Source: Gemmatimonadales bacterium (GTDB taxonomy: Bacteria > Gemmatimonadota > Gemmatimonadetes > Gemmatimonadales > GWC2-71-9). From it: a stretch of 54,490 nt of DNA. Of this stretch, positions 9,890-19,553 are shown piece after piece. The notes under the pieces were generated by a model that did no database searches, was not told the DNA's origin, and worked only from the letters and a program-made list of their open reading frames with translations. How positions within the stretch are numbered: the first letter of the stretch is position 1; each line of letters starts with the position of its first letter. A program made the position numbers and the translations under genes. The stretch lies in contig JBBQFH010000020.1 of the NCBI GenBank assembly GCA_038321865.1, forward strand, positions 1 to 54,490, in the 5' to 3' direction.

Positions 9890-9938
9890 TGCGTTTCGAT
9901 CTCCGTTCGAGTGCCGGCTGATGACGCGCCGGAGCACA

Positions 9939-9967
9939 AATTTAATCCGCCAGCGTGGGCAGGCCAA
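9939..9967 (-). promoter_or_regulatory. Sigma70-type promoter
   Basis: TTGGCC-17-TAAATT. Confidence 0.45.
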
Positions 9968-9994
9968 CGGCGAGAACTGCGGGCAACGCGATGA

Positions 9995-10477
9995 CTACCT
10001 GGCGCCGAGCCGGGTAGCCAGCGTCGTGGCGTCTGCCGTCTCCGGCCGATCCGTGCCGGCGCCGTTCTCCAGCGGCGGGACCGCCTGCCGTACCAGTTTC
10101 GCCGCCGAGGCCGAGTCACTTTTTGCAAGCGCGATCCGGGCCTGCAGAAGGCGGACACGGCCAATTTCCGCGCTCAGCAGATCGTCGTGCTCGTGCTCAT
10201 GCGCCCGGACGAGGGCCTGCCGGGCCAGACTATCCGCCGCGTCGATGTCGCCGTCGCCGAACGCCATCCGCGCCTCGCGGCTGATGTAGACCCAGTACCC
10301 ATTCAGCCGGTCATTCCTATGCGGGAAGTCGAGCGAGCTCAGAAGGGCATGGTAGTGGTGCCGCGCCTCGCCCGGCTTTCCCTCGGCTTCGGCGATCCGG
10401 CCGCGCAGCACCAGGATCCGCAGAGGCGAGGCCTCCGGCCGGCAGACAGCGAGAGTACGCCGCTGGGCGGGTATCAT
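9995..10477 (-). pseudogene. TPR-like helical fragment, probably the remnant of a larger protein
   Basis: TPR-like helices (GRIAEAEGKPGEARHHY; GDIDAADSLARQAL) with a non-coding-looking 5' part; start uncertain. Confidence 0.4.
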
Positions 10478-10590
10478 GAGCGGGCTCCTGGCGAGGCACG
10501 AGGGGGTCAGCCATGGGCTTCCTGTCCTGTAATCGGATTTTCCCGGACTGAGGCGCCACGGGTCGCGCCACCGGCCCGTCGCCACAAGGC

Positions 10591-10621
10591 AAAACCCGCC
10601 CCGGCAAGCGCCGGGGCGGGT
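10591..10621 (-). terminator. Intrinsic terminator of groESL
   Basis: ACCCGCCCCGGC-GCTT-GCCGGGGCGGGT hairpin followed by Ts on the minus strand. Confidence 0.8.
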
Positions 10622-10649
10622 CTCGTGCCGCATCCTGCAGTGACCGAGA

Positions 10650-12634
<1,985 letters not shown>

Positions 12635-12683
12635 TGCCACCTCCACAACAGGTAAAATTGGTAACGAGTTATGCGACAGGCGT

Positions 12684-12710
12684 TTAGCACTCACGCGTGC
12701 CGAGTGCCAA
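12684..12710. promoter_or_regulatory. CIRCE operator (HrcA site)
   Basis: TTAGCACTC-N9-GAGTGCCAA, one mismatch to consensus, between the promoter and groES. Confidence 0.93.
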
Positions 12711-12722
12711 TGACTGGGCGGT

Positions 12723-12750
12723 AAGATAAGGTCTGCCCCGCCAGAGTCAA
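12723..12750 (-). promoter_or_regulatory. Sigma70-type promoter of groESL
   Basis: TTGACT-16-TATCTT just upstream of CIRCE. Confidence 0.7.
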
Positions 12751-12820
12751 GCGCGGTGCTTGACTTTGACCGCGTGGGACCCGACCTTCCGCCCTTCCCG
12801 TCAACGCCCGGAGAAACTGC

Positions 12821-13924
12821 ATGTTGGTGCTCGGCACGCTGCTGGCCATGTCGCTCGGCGCGGACACCCTCCGTCCGCTGCCTCGGCGCCTCGACACGCC
12901 CACGGTCAGGGTGGCGATCGATTCGTCCCGCCATACCGTGACCATCGTCACCGGCCCGTTCGACCTGCCGAACGAGATGCCGATGGACGAGATGATGGAG
13001 ATGGGCCACGACATGGCGCACGACGCACCGGTCCACCGGTTCGTCTGGCCGGTGGACGGCTGGCTGCGCGGCTTCGAATGGTCACTGGTCGACGCCCAGG
13101 GCAACACCGTGCCCCGGGAGGTGATGCACCACCTCATCATGGTGAACTTCGACCGCCGCCAGCTCCTTTACGACGCCGCCGAACGCCTGATGGGCGCCGG
13201 CAGCGAAACGGAAGACGCCACGGTGCCCAGGACGATCGGCATCCCGCTGACGGCCCGGACGCGGCTCGGCTTTTACATCAATTGGCACAACTCGACCGGC
13301 AAGGACCTCACGGGCGTATCACTCAAGCTGACGCTGCTCTGGACGCCGAGGAACCAGAACCCGCGCCCGGCCAATGCACTGCCGATTTACATGGACGTGA
13401 ACCTGACGGTCGGCGGCACCAACACCTTCGACGTGCCGGTAGGAAAGTCGAGCAAGGCGTACGAGTTCACGCTGCCCGTCGGTGGCAAGCTGCTCGGCAT
13501 CGGCGGGCACCTGCACGATTACGGGACCTCGGTGCGCCTGGAGGACGCCGCGACCGGCAAGGTGCTCACTCGCGTCATCGCGACGCGGGCGCCGGACGGC
13601 AGGGTGCTGAAGGTCAGTCGTCGGCTGTTCGGCGTCACCGGTGACGGGCTCGCGCTGAAGGGCAATCACCGGTACCGTGTCGTCGGCGAGTACGACAATA
13701 CGAGCGGCAAGCTGCGGCCTCAGGGCGCGATGGCCCACCTGGTCGGGCTCTTCGTGCCGGACGACCTCAGCCGGTGGCCGGCGATCGATCCGAACGACTC
13801 GACGTTCCGGCTCGACATGGCCTCGCTGAAGGCGGATCCGGCAGGAGAACCGCTCATCGCATCGGAAGCGGGCCAGGCCGGGAGAGACTCGGACCATCAG
13901 CACGGAAACGCCGCGAAGCCCTGA
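12821..13924 (+). CDS. Putative secreted type II copper monooxygenase-like (PHM/SURNod19-like) protein
   Basis: Hydrophobic N-terminus; H103H104, H156, H230-x-H232 and M304; Met/His-rich loop; GGAG SD. Confidence 0.65.
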   Translation: MLVLGTLLAMSLGADTLRPLPRRLDTPTVRVAIDSSRHTVTIVTGPFDLPNEMPMDEMMEMGHDMAHDAPVHRFVWPVDGWLRGFEWSLVDAQGNTVPREVMHHLIMVNFDRRQLLYDAAERLMGAGSETEDATVPRTIGIPLTARTRLGFYINWHNSTGKDLTGVSLKLTLLWTPRNQNPRPANALPIYMDVNLTVGGTNTFDVPVGKSSKAYEFTLPVGGKLLGIGGHLHDYGTSVRLEDAATGKVLTRVIATRAPDGRVLKVSRRLFGVTGDGLALKGNHRYRVVGEYDNTSGKLRPQGAMAHLVGLFVPDDLSRWPAIDPNDSTFRLDMASLKADPAGEPLIASEAGQAGRDSDHQHGNAAKP

Positions 13925-13964
13925 CCGCGTGACGCCGCCAGGCGAAGCTACCGGCGCCGCGCCG

Positions 13965-14924
13965 CTATCCGACGATCCGCCGGGCGCCGACCCACCGTTT
14001 GAACCACCACTTGCCGTAGGGATCGGTCGCGCTCAGCCGGCTGGTCTGCACGCCGCTGCTCGCGCTGTGGATGAAGCGGCCGTCGCCGACGTAGAGCCCG
14101 ACATGGGTGACGCCCTGGCCCGAGCTTGAGAACGTGAGGAGGTCACCCGGCTGAAGTGAGGCCAGCTCGCGGCCGACCTCGCGGCCGCGGGTCGCCTGCT
14201 CCCCGCTCGTTCGCGGCAGGGCGATGCCGTGACGGGCGTAGGCGTACTGAATCAGCCCGGAACAGTCGAAGCCACGGCCATCCTCGCCGCGGCCACCGAG
14301 GCGGTACCGTGCCCCGATCGCGGAATCCGCAGTGGCAATGACACCGTCGAGCAGCCGCGCGGCGTCGGCATGCGTGAGCGAACTGCCCGCTGTCCAGAGC
14401 GCCGGCGTGACCCGTTCAGGCACGCCCGCCGGGGAAACCGTCCGACCCACGGCGCCGAAATTGGCCCCGATGCGCACCGAGAGCTCCAGCCCCGAGCGCG
14501 CGGCCGGCCGGAACTCGCGGTAGCGGCCTTCGAGACCGAGCGAGAGGAAGGGCACCGGAATCAGCTCGTACCCCACGCCCGCCGACCAGGCATTCCACCA
14601 TTTTTCGGCGCCGCTGGTGCCGAACCCACCGGCGACGCCCGCGACCGCGTAGGCCCCGGGCCGGCCACCTCGAAAGAGCGAGAGGTCGGCCATCGCGCCG
14701 AGCAGGCGCCCATCCCTCGGCGCCGGGCCGTGCATGAGCGTGCCACCCAGCGACAGGGCCGCGGGACCGAACACCGGCTGCACCCAGGCAGCTCCCAGCG
14801 ACGTCCAGCCACCGTTGTTGAACAGCCGGCCCAGCTGAAACGCGACGCCCTGCGCCATGGCCGATGGGGCGCCGGCGAGGGCGAGCACGAGGACCAGCGC
14901 GATCCGGGCCGGGCGAATCATCAC
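13965..14924 (-). CDS. NlpC/P60 (C40) peptidase with N-terminal predicted beta-barrel
   Basis: Signal peptide, amphipathic strands, then Y..GG..GFDCSGL..Y, LPRTS..Q, PGDLL.F, HVGLY.G.G.FIHS. Confidence 0.85.
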   Translation of the reverse strand: MMIRPARIALVLVLALAGAPSAMAQGVAFQLGRLFNNGGWTSLGAAWVQPVFGPAALSLGGTLMHGPAPRDGRLLGAMADLSLFRGGRPGAYAVAGVAGGFGTSGAEKWWNAWSAGVGYELIPVPFLSLGLEGRYREFRPAARSGLELSVRIGANFGAVGRTVSPAGVPERVTPALWTAGSSLTHADAARLLDGVIATADSAIGARYRLGGRGEDGRGFDCSGLIQYAYARHGIALPRTSGEQATRGREVGRELASLQPGDLLTFSSSGQGVTHVGLYVGDGRFIHSASSGVQTSRLSATDPYGKWWFKRWVGARRIVG

Positions 14925-15304
14925 GGCCGAAGCGGGGTGGGTTGCCCGCTGCGCACGTTCACGAGGTACCGGGCGACTGGGCGGCAGGCGAGGTAGAGCA
15001 CGGCCTCGACGGTCGAATCATCGACGAATCGCGGCGCCTGCTCCGTATAGAGCAACGGGACCGGAGTACGGGTGGCACCGTGGCGGAATTCGATCGTGCG
15101 ATCGCGGCAGGTGACGGAGCCAGGCCCGCGGTCAGTGCGGGCCAGCGTGAACCAGACTTCGGTTCCGCCGGGTCCAGTAGCGATGAGCGAGTCGGCGATG
15201 ACGGGGACGGAGACGGCGGATGCGGAATCCGGCGCGCGGTCGGCCGCCGGAGCCGGGGTGCAACCGAGGCCGAGCCCGCCGGCGAAGAGCGCGCCCACTC
15301 TCAC
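14921..15304 (-). CDS. Hypothetical lipoprotein
   Basis: GTG start overlapping the upstream stop; lipobox-like LGLG-C. Confidence 0.55.
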   Translation of the reverse strand: MRVGALFAGGLGLGCTPAPAADRAPDSASAVSVPVIADSLIATGPGGTEVWFTLARTDRGPGSVTCRDRTIEFRHGATRTPVPLLYTEQAPRFVDDSTVEAVLYLACRPVARYLVNVRSGQPTPLRP

Positions 15305-15621
15305 GGCGACGGCCGTGCGCTGTCCTCCGGATCGAGAACGGTGCGCTCGCTGAGCCCTGCGGTGTCGGGCGTACCGTCCGCCGTAACGGCGAGCGCCTCG
15401 CGCAACGCGGGTCTGCTCCGCAGCAGGCGCAGCCAGAGAATAAGCGTCAGAAAACCCGCCGCGGCGCCGCAGGCGGCGGAGAGGAGCAACCCTGCCTTGG
15501 GGCTGGCCATCCGTGCCGCGATGACCTCGCCGGCCACACAGCCGAAAAACGAAGCTGCCCACGCCAGGAACGGCGTGAGCAGCCACCCGAATGCACGAAA
15601 GAAAAGCCGGACCCAGCGCAT
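15301..15621 (-). CDS. Small two-TM membrane protein
   Basis: Two hydrophobic helices; packed against its neighbours. Confidence 0.6.
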   Translation of the reverse strand: MRWVRLFFRAFGWLLTPFLAWAASFFGCVAGEVIAARMASPKAGLLLSAACGAAAGFLTLILWLRLLRSRPALREALAVTADGTPDTAGLSERTVLDPEDSARPSP

Positions 15622-15625
15622 CAGA

Positions 15626-16255
15626 TCACGCGCGTGATGCCCGCAGCGAGGCGACCGCCGCTGCGATGGCTATTCCGGGCAGGAACGCGACGCCGAAGGT
15701 GCCGAGGCCCCAGTGCGCTCCCGGAAAATGCGCAAGCACGGCGATCACGCCGACGAGCAGCGAGGCTGCCACCGCCATCGCCATCCCCGACACGATGGAT
15801 GGGCCCGCGCCGCGAGCCGCGCGGGCAGCGAGAATGAGGGCGCCCATCCAGGGCAGGAAGGTGCCGACCATCCACCAGACCGGATGATACCACCAGTTGC
15901 TGCCGCCGCCGATCTCGCGCCAGCGATTGGTGTAGACCCCGAACGGTTGCAGCAGCGTGACATCGAACAGCAGAAACACGGCGCTCGCGGCCAGCCCGAT
16001 GCCGGCGGCGCCGGCAATGCCCTCGATGGTGCGCGCCCGCGTCCAGGTGCCGGGGCCGAAGCTCACGATCGCGAGACCGCAGAGCAGCACCAGCCCACCC
16101 GCGACGGCCTCGACGATTCCGCCGGTGAGGCGCGTAATCACCGCCATCAGCACGACGACCACCGATTCGACGGCGCCGAGCATTACCGCGGCCCGGACGA
16201 TGCCGGGGAGGGCCGTCAGATCGAATTCACCGGGAAGGTCCACCGCCGAGCGCAT
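15626..16255 (-). CDS. Uncharacterised multi-pass membrane protein
   Basis: About 6 TM segments and a Trp-rich loop (YTNRWREIGGGSNWWYHPVWW); GGAG SD before ATG 16255; promoter TTGGCC-18-TATTAT at 16283-16312. Confidence 0.7.
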   Translation of the reverse strand: MRSAVDLPGEFDLTALPGIVRAAVMLGAVESVVVVLMAVITRLTGGIVEAVAGGLVLLCGLAIVSFGPGTWTRARTIEGIAGAAGIGLAASAVFLLFDVTLLQPFGVYTNRWREIGGGSNWWYHPVWWMVGTFLPWMGALILAARAARGAGPSIVSGMAMAVAASLLVGVIAVLAHFPGAHWGLGTFGVAFLPGIAIAAAVASLRASRA

Positions 16256-16321
16256 GCCGTCTCCGAAGGTGTGAAGGCGTGAATAATACAGTGTGGCTTC
16301 CGCGCGGGCCAAGGGGGAAGG

Positions 16322-17254
16322 TCAGGCCGCCCAGGCCAGGACCACGGCCAGATCCGTCACCGCCCAGGCCGCGAGCGCCCAGTACATGCCACGCTGGTGA
16401 TCGTTGGGCCGGCGGGCCAGCGCGGTGGCCCGCCACGGGATGAGGACGGACGCCCACGCCATCGCCGCAAGCGACATGGCGATCGAGTGCCCTGCGGCCT
16501 CGCCCCCTGCGGCCCATCCGGCCGTGCGTCCCGCGAGCGCGAAGAGTCCGAATGCGACGAGCGCGGCCGCGATCGAAAGGTTCAGACTGGGGATGACGCC
16601 CAGACGGACGGCGAGCGTGCGGTCACCGCGCCGGGTATCCTCGTCGATCTGGTACAGCTGAGTCAGGGGGTAGAGCGATGCGAAGAGCGGGCAGAATCCG
16701 GCCAGCAACAGCGCGTGCGCCAGATCCAGCGGACGGCCGGTCGCGGCCCATCCGGCGTACGGGGTGAGCGTCCCGAACCCCACCATGTTGATCAGCCAGT
16801 CGGCGCCGGCTACCGCCTTGAGGCGGAAGGGCGGCACCGAATAGAGGATCGACATTGCGACGCACACGGCGTACGCGATCAAGAATCCGCGCGGGAGCCG
16901 TGTCGCGAGGGCCAACCCCAGCAGCATGGCGCCGAGGCCGACAGCAAAGAGGTGCCGCGGCGGCGGCGGCGGCTGACGCAGGTAGGCCACGTCGCCCTCG
17001 TCACGGTCGAACGCGGAGTTGATGGCGAGGGTCCCGCCATTAAGGAGCACGACCCACACGAACAGTCCCAGTGCGCCAGCCGCCAGTGATGCGCCGGCCC
17101 GGACGCCGGCGAGGCCCACCGAGAGCACATATCCGAGCGCGGTGTGCGCCGCCATGATCGGCCACTCCGCCGGGCGAAAATGGAGGAGGTAGTCGAGGCG
17201 ATGCCCGAACAGCCGGTAGCCGGCCGCGCGCGCGCCGGCCACCGGCCGGTTCAC
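16322..17254 (-). CDS. UbiA-family prenyltransferase
   Basis: RP..W, NSAFDRDEGD, YSVPPFRLK and QIDEDTRRGDRTLAV motifs; multiple TM segments. Confidence 0.85.
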   Translation of the reverse strand: MNRPVAGARAAGYRLFGHRLDYLLHFRPAEWPIMAAHTALGYVLSVGLAGVRAGASLAAGALGLFVWVVLLNGGTLAINSAFDRDEGDVAYLRQPPPPPRHLFAVGLGAMLLGLALATRLPRGFLIAYAVCVAMSILYSVPPFRLKAVAGADWLINMVGFGTLTPYAGWAATGRPLDLAHALLLAGFCPLFASLYPLTQLYQIDEDTRRGDRTLAVRLGVIPSLNLSIAAALVAFGLFALAGRTAGWAAGGEAAGHSIAMSLAAMAWASVLIPWRATALARRPNDHQRGMYWALAAWAVTDLAVVLAWAA

Positions 17255-18030
17255 CAGCGCAGTCCGAGGTGCCCTGCCGCGAGGCGAAGGCCTCTGAGGG
17301 TGAGGTCACGCTCGATGCCGTCAATGCTGGCGCAGAATGGCACCACGAACGCCGCGAGGCCGCCGGTGGCGATCGCGCGCGGCGTGCCCCCGCCGGGCCA
17401 CTCTCGGCCAATACGCCGGATCATGCCGTCTACGGCATCGGCCGCGCCGTACAGCACACCCGACTGGATGCACTCTTCCGTGCGTCGGCCGATCACGCGT
17501 TCCGGAGCCGCCAGCTCGGTCGCGGGAAGCTTGGCCGCGCGACGAGTCAGCTGATCCGCCGACGTGCGCAGGCCCGGCATGATCGCGCCGCCGATGAATC
17601 GCCCATCGGCGGTGACGCAATCGAAGGTCGTGGCGGTCCCGAAATCGATCACGATCACGTCGGCGTGGTAGAGATCGGCCGCGGCGAGCACATTGACGAT
17701 GCGGTCCGCGCCGACGCTCATCGGCTCATCCACGTCGAGCACCACGGGGAGGGCCGAGCGCGCGTCAATCGCGACCGGCCTCGATCCGGTCGCGGCCTCG
17801 ACTCCTTCCGCGACGCTCTGGGTCGCGGCGGGTGCAACCGAGGCGAGGCACACCGCCCGCACCTCGTTCGGGGAGTGACCGGCCTGGATGAGAAAGGCCC
17901 CGATCGCGGCCGCCCATTCGTCCGGCGTTCGGTCCGGATTGGTGGTGAGTCGCCAGTGCGCGGACAGCGACTCTCCCTGGAAAAGTCCGGCCGTGATTTC
18001 GGTGTTGCCGATGTCGAGGGCGAGAAGCAT
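17251..18030 (-). CDS. coaX: Type III pantothenate kinase
   Basis: LDIGNT, SVGADRIVN, IDFGTATTFD, GGAIMPG and ATGG. Confidence 0.95.
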   Translation of the reverse strand: MLLALDIGNTEITAGLFQGESLSAHWRLTTNPDRTPDEWAAAIGAFLIQAGHSPNEVRAVCLASVAPAATQSVAEGVEAATGSRPVAIDARSALPVVLDVDEPMSVGADRIVNVLAAADLYHADVIVIDFGTATTFDCVTADGRFIGGAIMPGLRTSADQLTRRAAKLPATELAAPERVIGRRTEECIQSGVLYGAADAVDGMIRRIGREWPGGGTPRAIATGGLAAFVVPFCASIDGIERDLTLRGLRLAAGHLGLRW

Positions 18031-18033
18031 GGC

Positions 18034-18750
18034 TCAATCCGCCTGGAAGGAAACCGCGACTGCGGGGCCAACCCGTACCAGCTCGACCACTCCATCGGAC
18101 CGGCGGATGCGCAACGCGCCGTCGGGCGCCACACCCACCGCCAGTCCGGGCACTGGAGAGCGAACCCGCCGACCGGCAAGCCCGTCGCGCCGGTCGAACC
18201 CGGCGAGCTCGCGAGCATCGAGGGCGCTGGTGACAGCGGCCGCCGCACGCACCGCCTGGACGATCGGCAGGGCCAGATCGCTCGGGCGCATGCCGGGATG
18301 CACTTCCGCCAGCGCCATGGCCTGCTGGCGCAGCTCCGGCGGGACAGCGTTTGCGACGTTGAGCCCCACCCCGATTGCAATCCATCCGAGACGCTCGCCC
18401 AGCCAGCGCGCCTCGCACAGAATGCCGCCGGCCTTGCGCCCGTTGAGCATCAGGTCATTCGGCCACTTGAGCTGCACACCCGGAATTCCCTGCGCCTCGA
18501 GCGCCTCTGCCACGTACAGTGCCACGCGCACGCTCAGCGCCTCGGCCGGCGCTGCGTTGGCCGGCCGGGCCAACACACTGAGCCACAGGCCGCCGCGCGG
18601 AGATTGCCAGGCCCTGCCCCGCGACCCCCTGCCCTCTGCCTGTTCCCCCGCGACAACCGCCGCTCCGTCCGCGGCTCCGTCCGCACCGAGGTCATGAACG
18701 ATGTCCTGCGTCGACCCGACCCGGTCCGCCCACACGATCCGATCGCTCAC
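18034..18750 (-). CDS. birA: Biotin-protein ligase (no HTH domain)
   Basis: GSTQ, Q..GRGSRGRAW.SP.GGL, LKWPND, KAGGIL.E and GVGLNV; GTG start overlaps the uppP stop. Confidence 0.9.
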   Translation of the reverse strand: MSDRIVWADRVGSTQDIVHDLGADGAADGAAVVAGEQAEGRGSRGRAWQSPRGGLWLSVLARPANAAPAEALSVRVALYVAEALEAQGIPGVQLKWPNDLMLNGRKAGGILCEARWLGERLGWIAIGVGLNVANAVPPELRQQAMALAEVHPGMRPSDLALPIVQAVRAAAAVTSALDARELAGFDRRDGLAGRRVRSPVPGLAVGVAPDGALRIRRSDGVVELVRVGPAVAVSFQAD

Positions 18751-19553
18751 GCCGCAGGCCGGCCGAGGATGAAGGCGAGCAGAACGAGGCCGAACACGAT
18801 GCGGTACCAGGCAAACGGGCGAAAGCTGTGACTGGACACGAAGCGAAGGAAGGCGTGAACGACGACGAGCGCGCTCGCGAACGCAACGCCGAAGCCGACG
18901 GCGAATATCGGCGCGTCGCCTGATACGAGCCCATGCCGGCTCTTCCACAGGTCGAATACGGTGGCTGCGAGCATCACGGGTATCGCGAGCAGAAACGAAA
19001 ACTCGGTCGCTGTCCTGCGCGAGAGTCCCAGGCTGTAGCCGCCCAGAATCGTCGCGGCGGACCGCGAGGTGCCCGGAATGAGCGAGAGCACCTGGGCGAT
19101 TCCGATTCCGAGCGCAGTCCGCCGCGGGATCCGATCGATCTCCGACGTCGTGGTCGCCGGATGCCAGCGCTCGATCAGCAGGATCACGACGCCGCCCGCC
19201 ACCAGCGCGATCGCCACGACCACAGGATCGAACAGGTGACTCTTGATCCACGAATGGATCAGCAGCCCGACCACCGCGACCGGCAGAAACGCAATGAAGA
19301 GGTTGCCGATCACCGCGCGGGCACCCGCGTCGCGCGCGGCGCGGCGTGCGAGCTCGATCAGCCGCCCGCGATAGAGCCAGACGATCGCCAGGATGGCGCC
19401 GAGCTGGATAAAGATCTCGAACGCCTTGGCGCGATCGCCCTCGAAGCCGAGCCAGTGCCCTGCGAGGATCAGATGGCCGGTAGACGAAACCGGAATAAAT
19501 TCGGTGACGCCTTCCACCAGTCCGAGGATCACCGCAACCAGGTAAAGGCTCAC
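18747..19553 (-). CDS. uppP: Undecaprenyl-diphosphatase BacA/UppP
   Basis: GLVEGVTEFIPVSSTGH, IQLGAILA, PGTSRS.ATI, EFSFLLAIP and FAWYRI. Confidence 0.95.
   Translation of the reverse strand: MSLYLVAVILGLVEGVTEFIPVSSTGHLILAGHWLGFEGDRAKAFEIFIQLGAILAIVWLYRGRLIELARRAARDAGARAVIGNLFIAFLPVAVVGLLIHSWIKSHLFDPVVVAIALVAGGVVILLIERWHPATTTSEIDRIPRRTALGIGIAQVLSLIPGTSRSAATILGGYSLGLSRRTATEFSFLLAIPVMLAATVFDLWKSRHGLVSGDAPIFAVGFGVAFASALVVVHAFLRFVSSHSFRPFAWYRIVFGLVLLAFILGRPAA

Noticed and set aside
9905..9940. CTGATGA within a small hairpin, suggesting a hammerhead ribozyme or fluoride riboswitch
   Set aside because: There is no correctly placed GAAA/cleavage triplet and no fluoride-riboswitch 5' stem. It lies antisense to a normal leader.
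12758..12772. GGTCAAAGTCAA resembling a CtsR box
   Set aside because: It lacks the 3-nt spacing between heptads and is explained by -35 hexamers.
12635..13036. N-terminal extensions given by the ORF track (groES, birA, uppP, bshA, batA, scpA, pyrR, btuC)
   Set aside because: They overlap upstream genes or regulatory sites. Downstream starts with an SD or stop-start coupling fit the family lengths.
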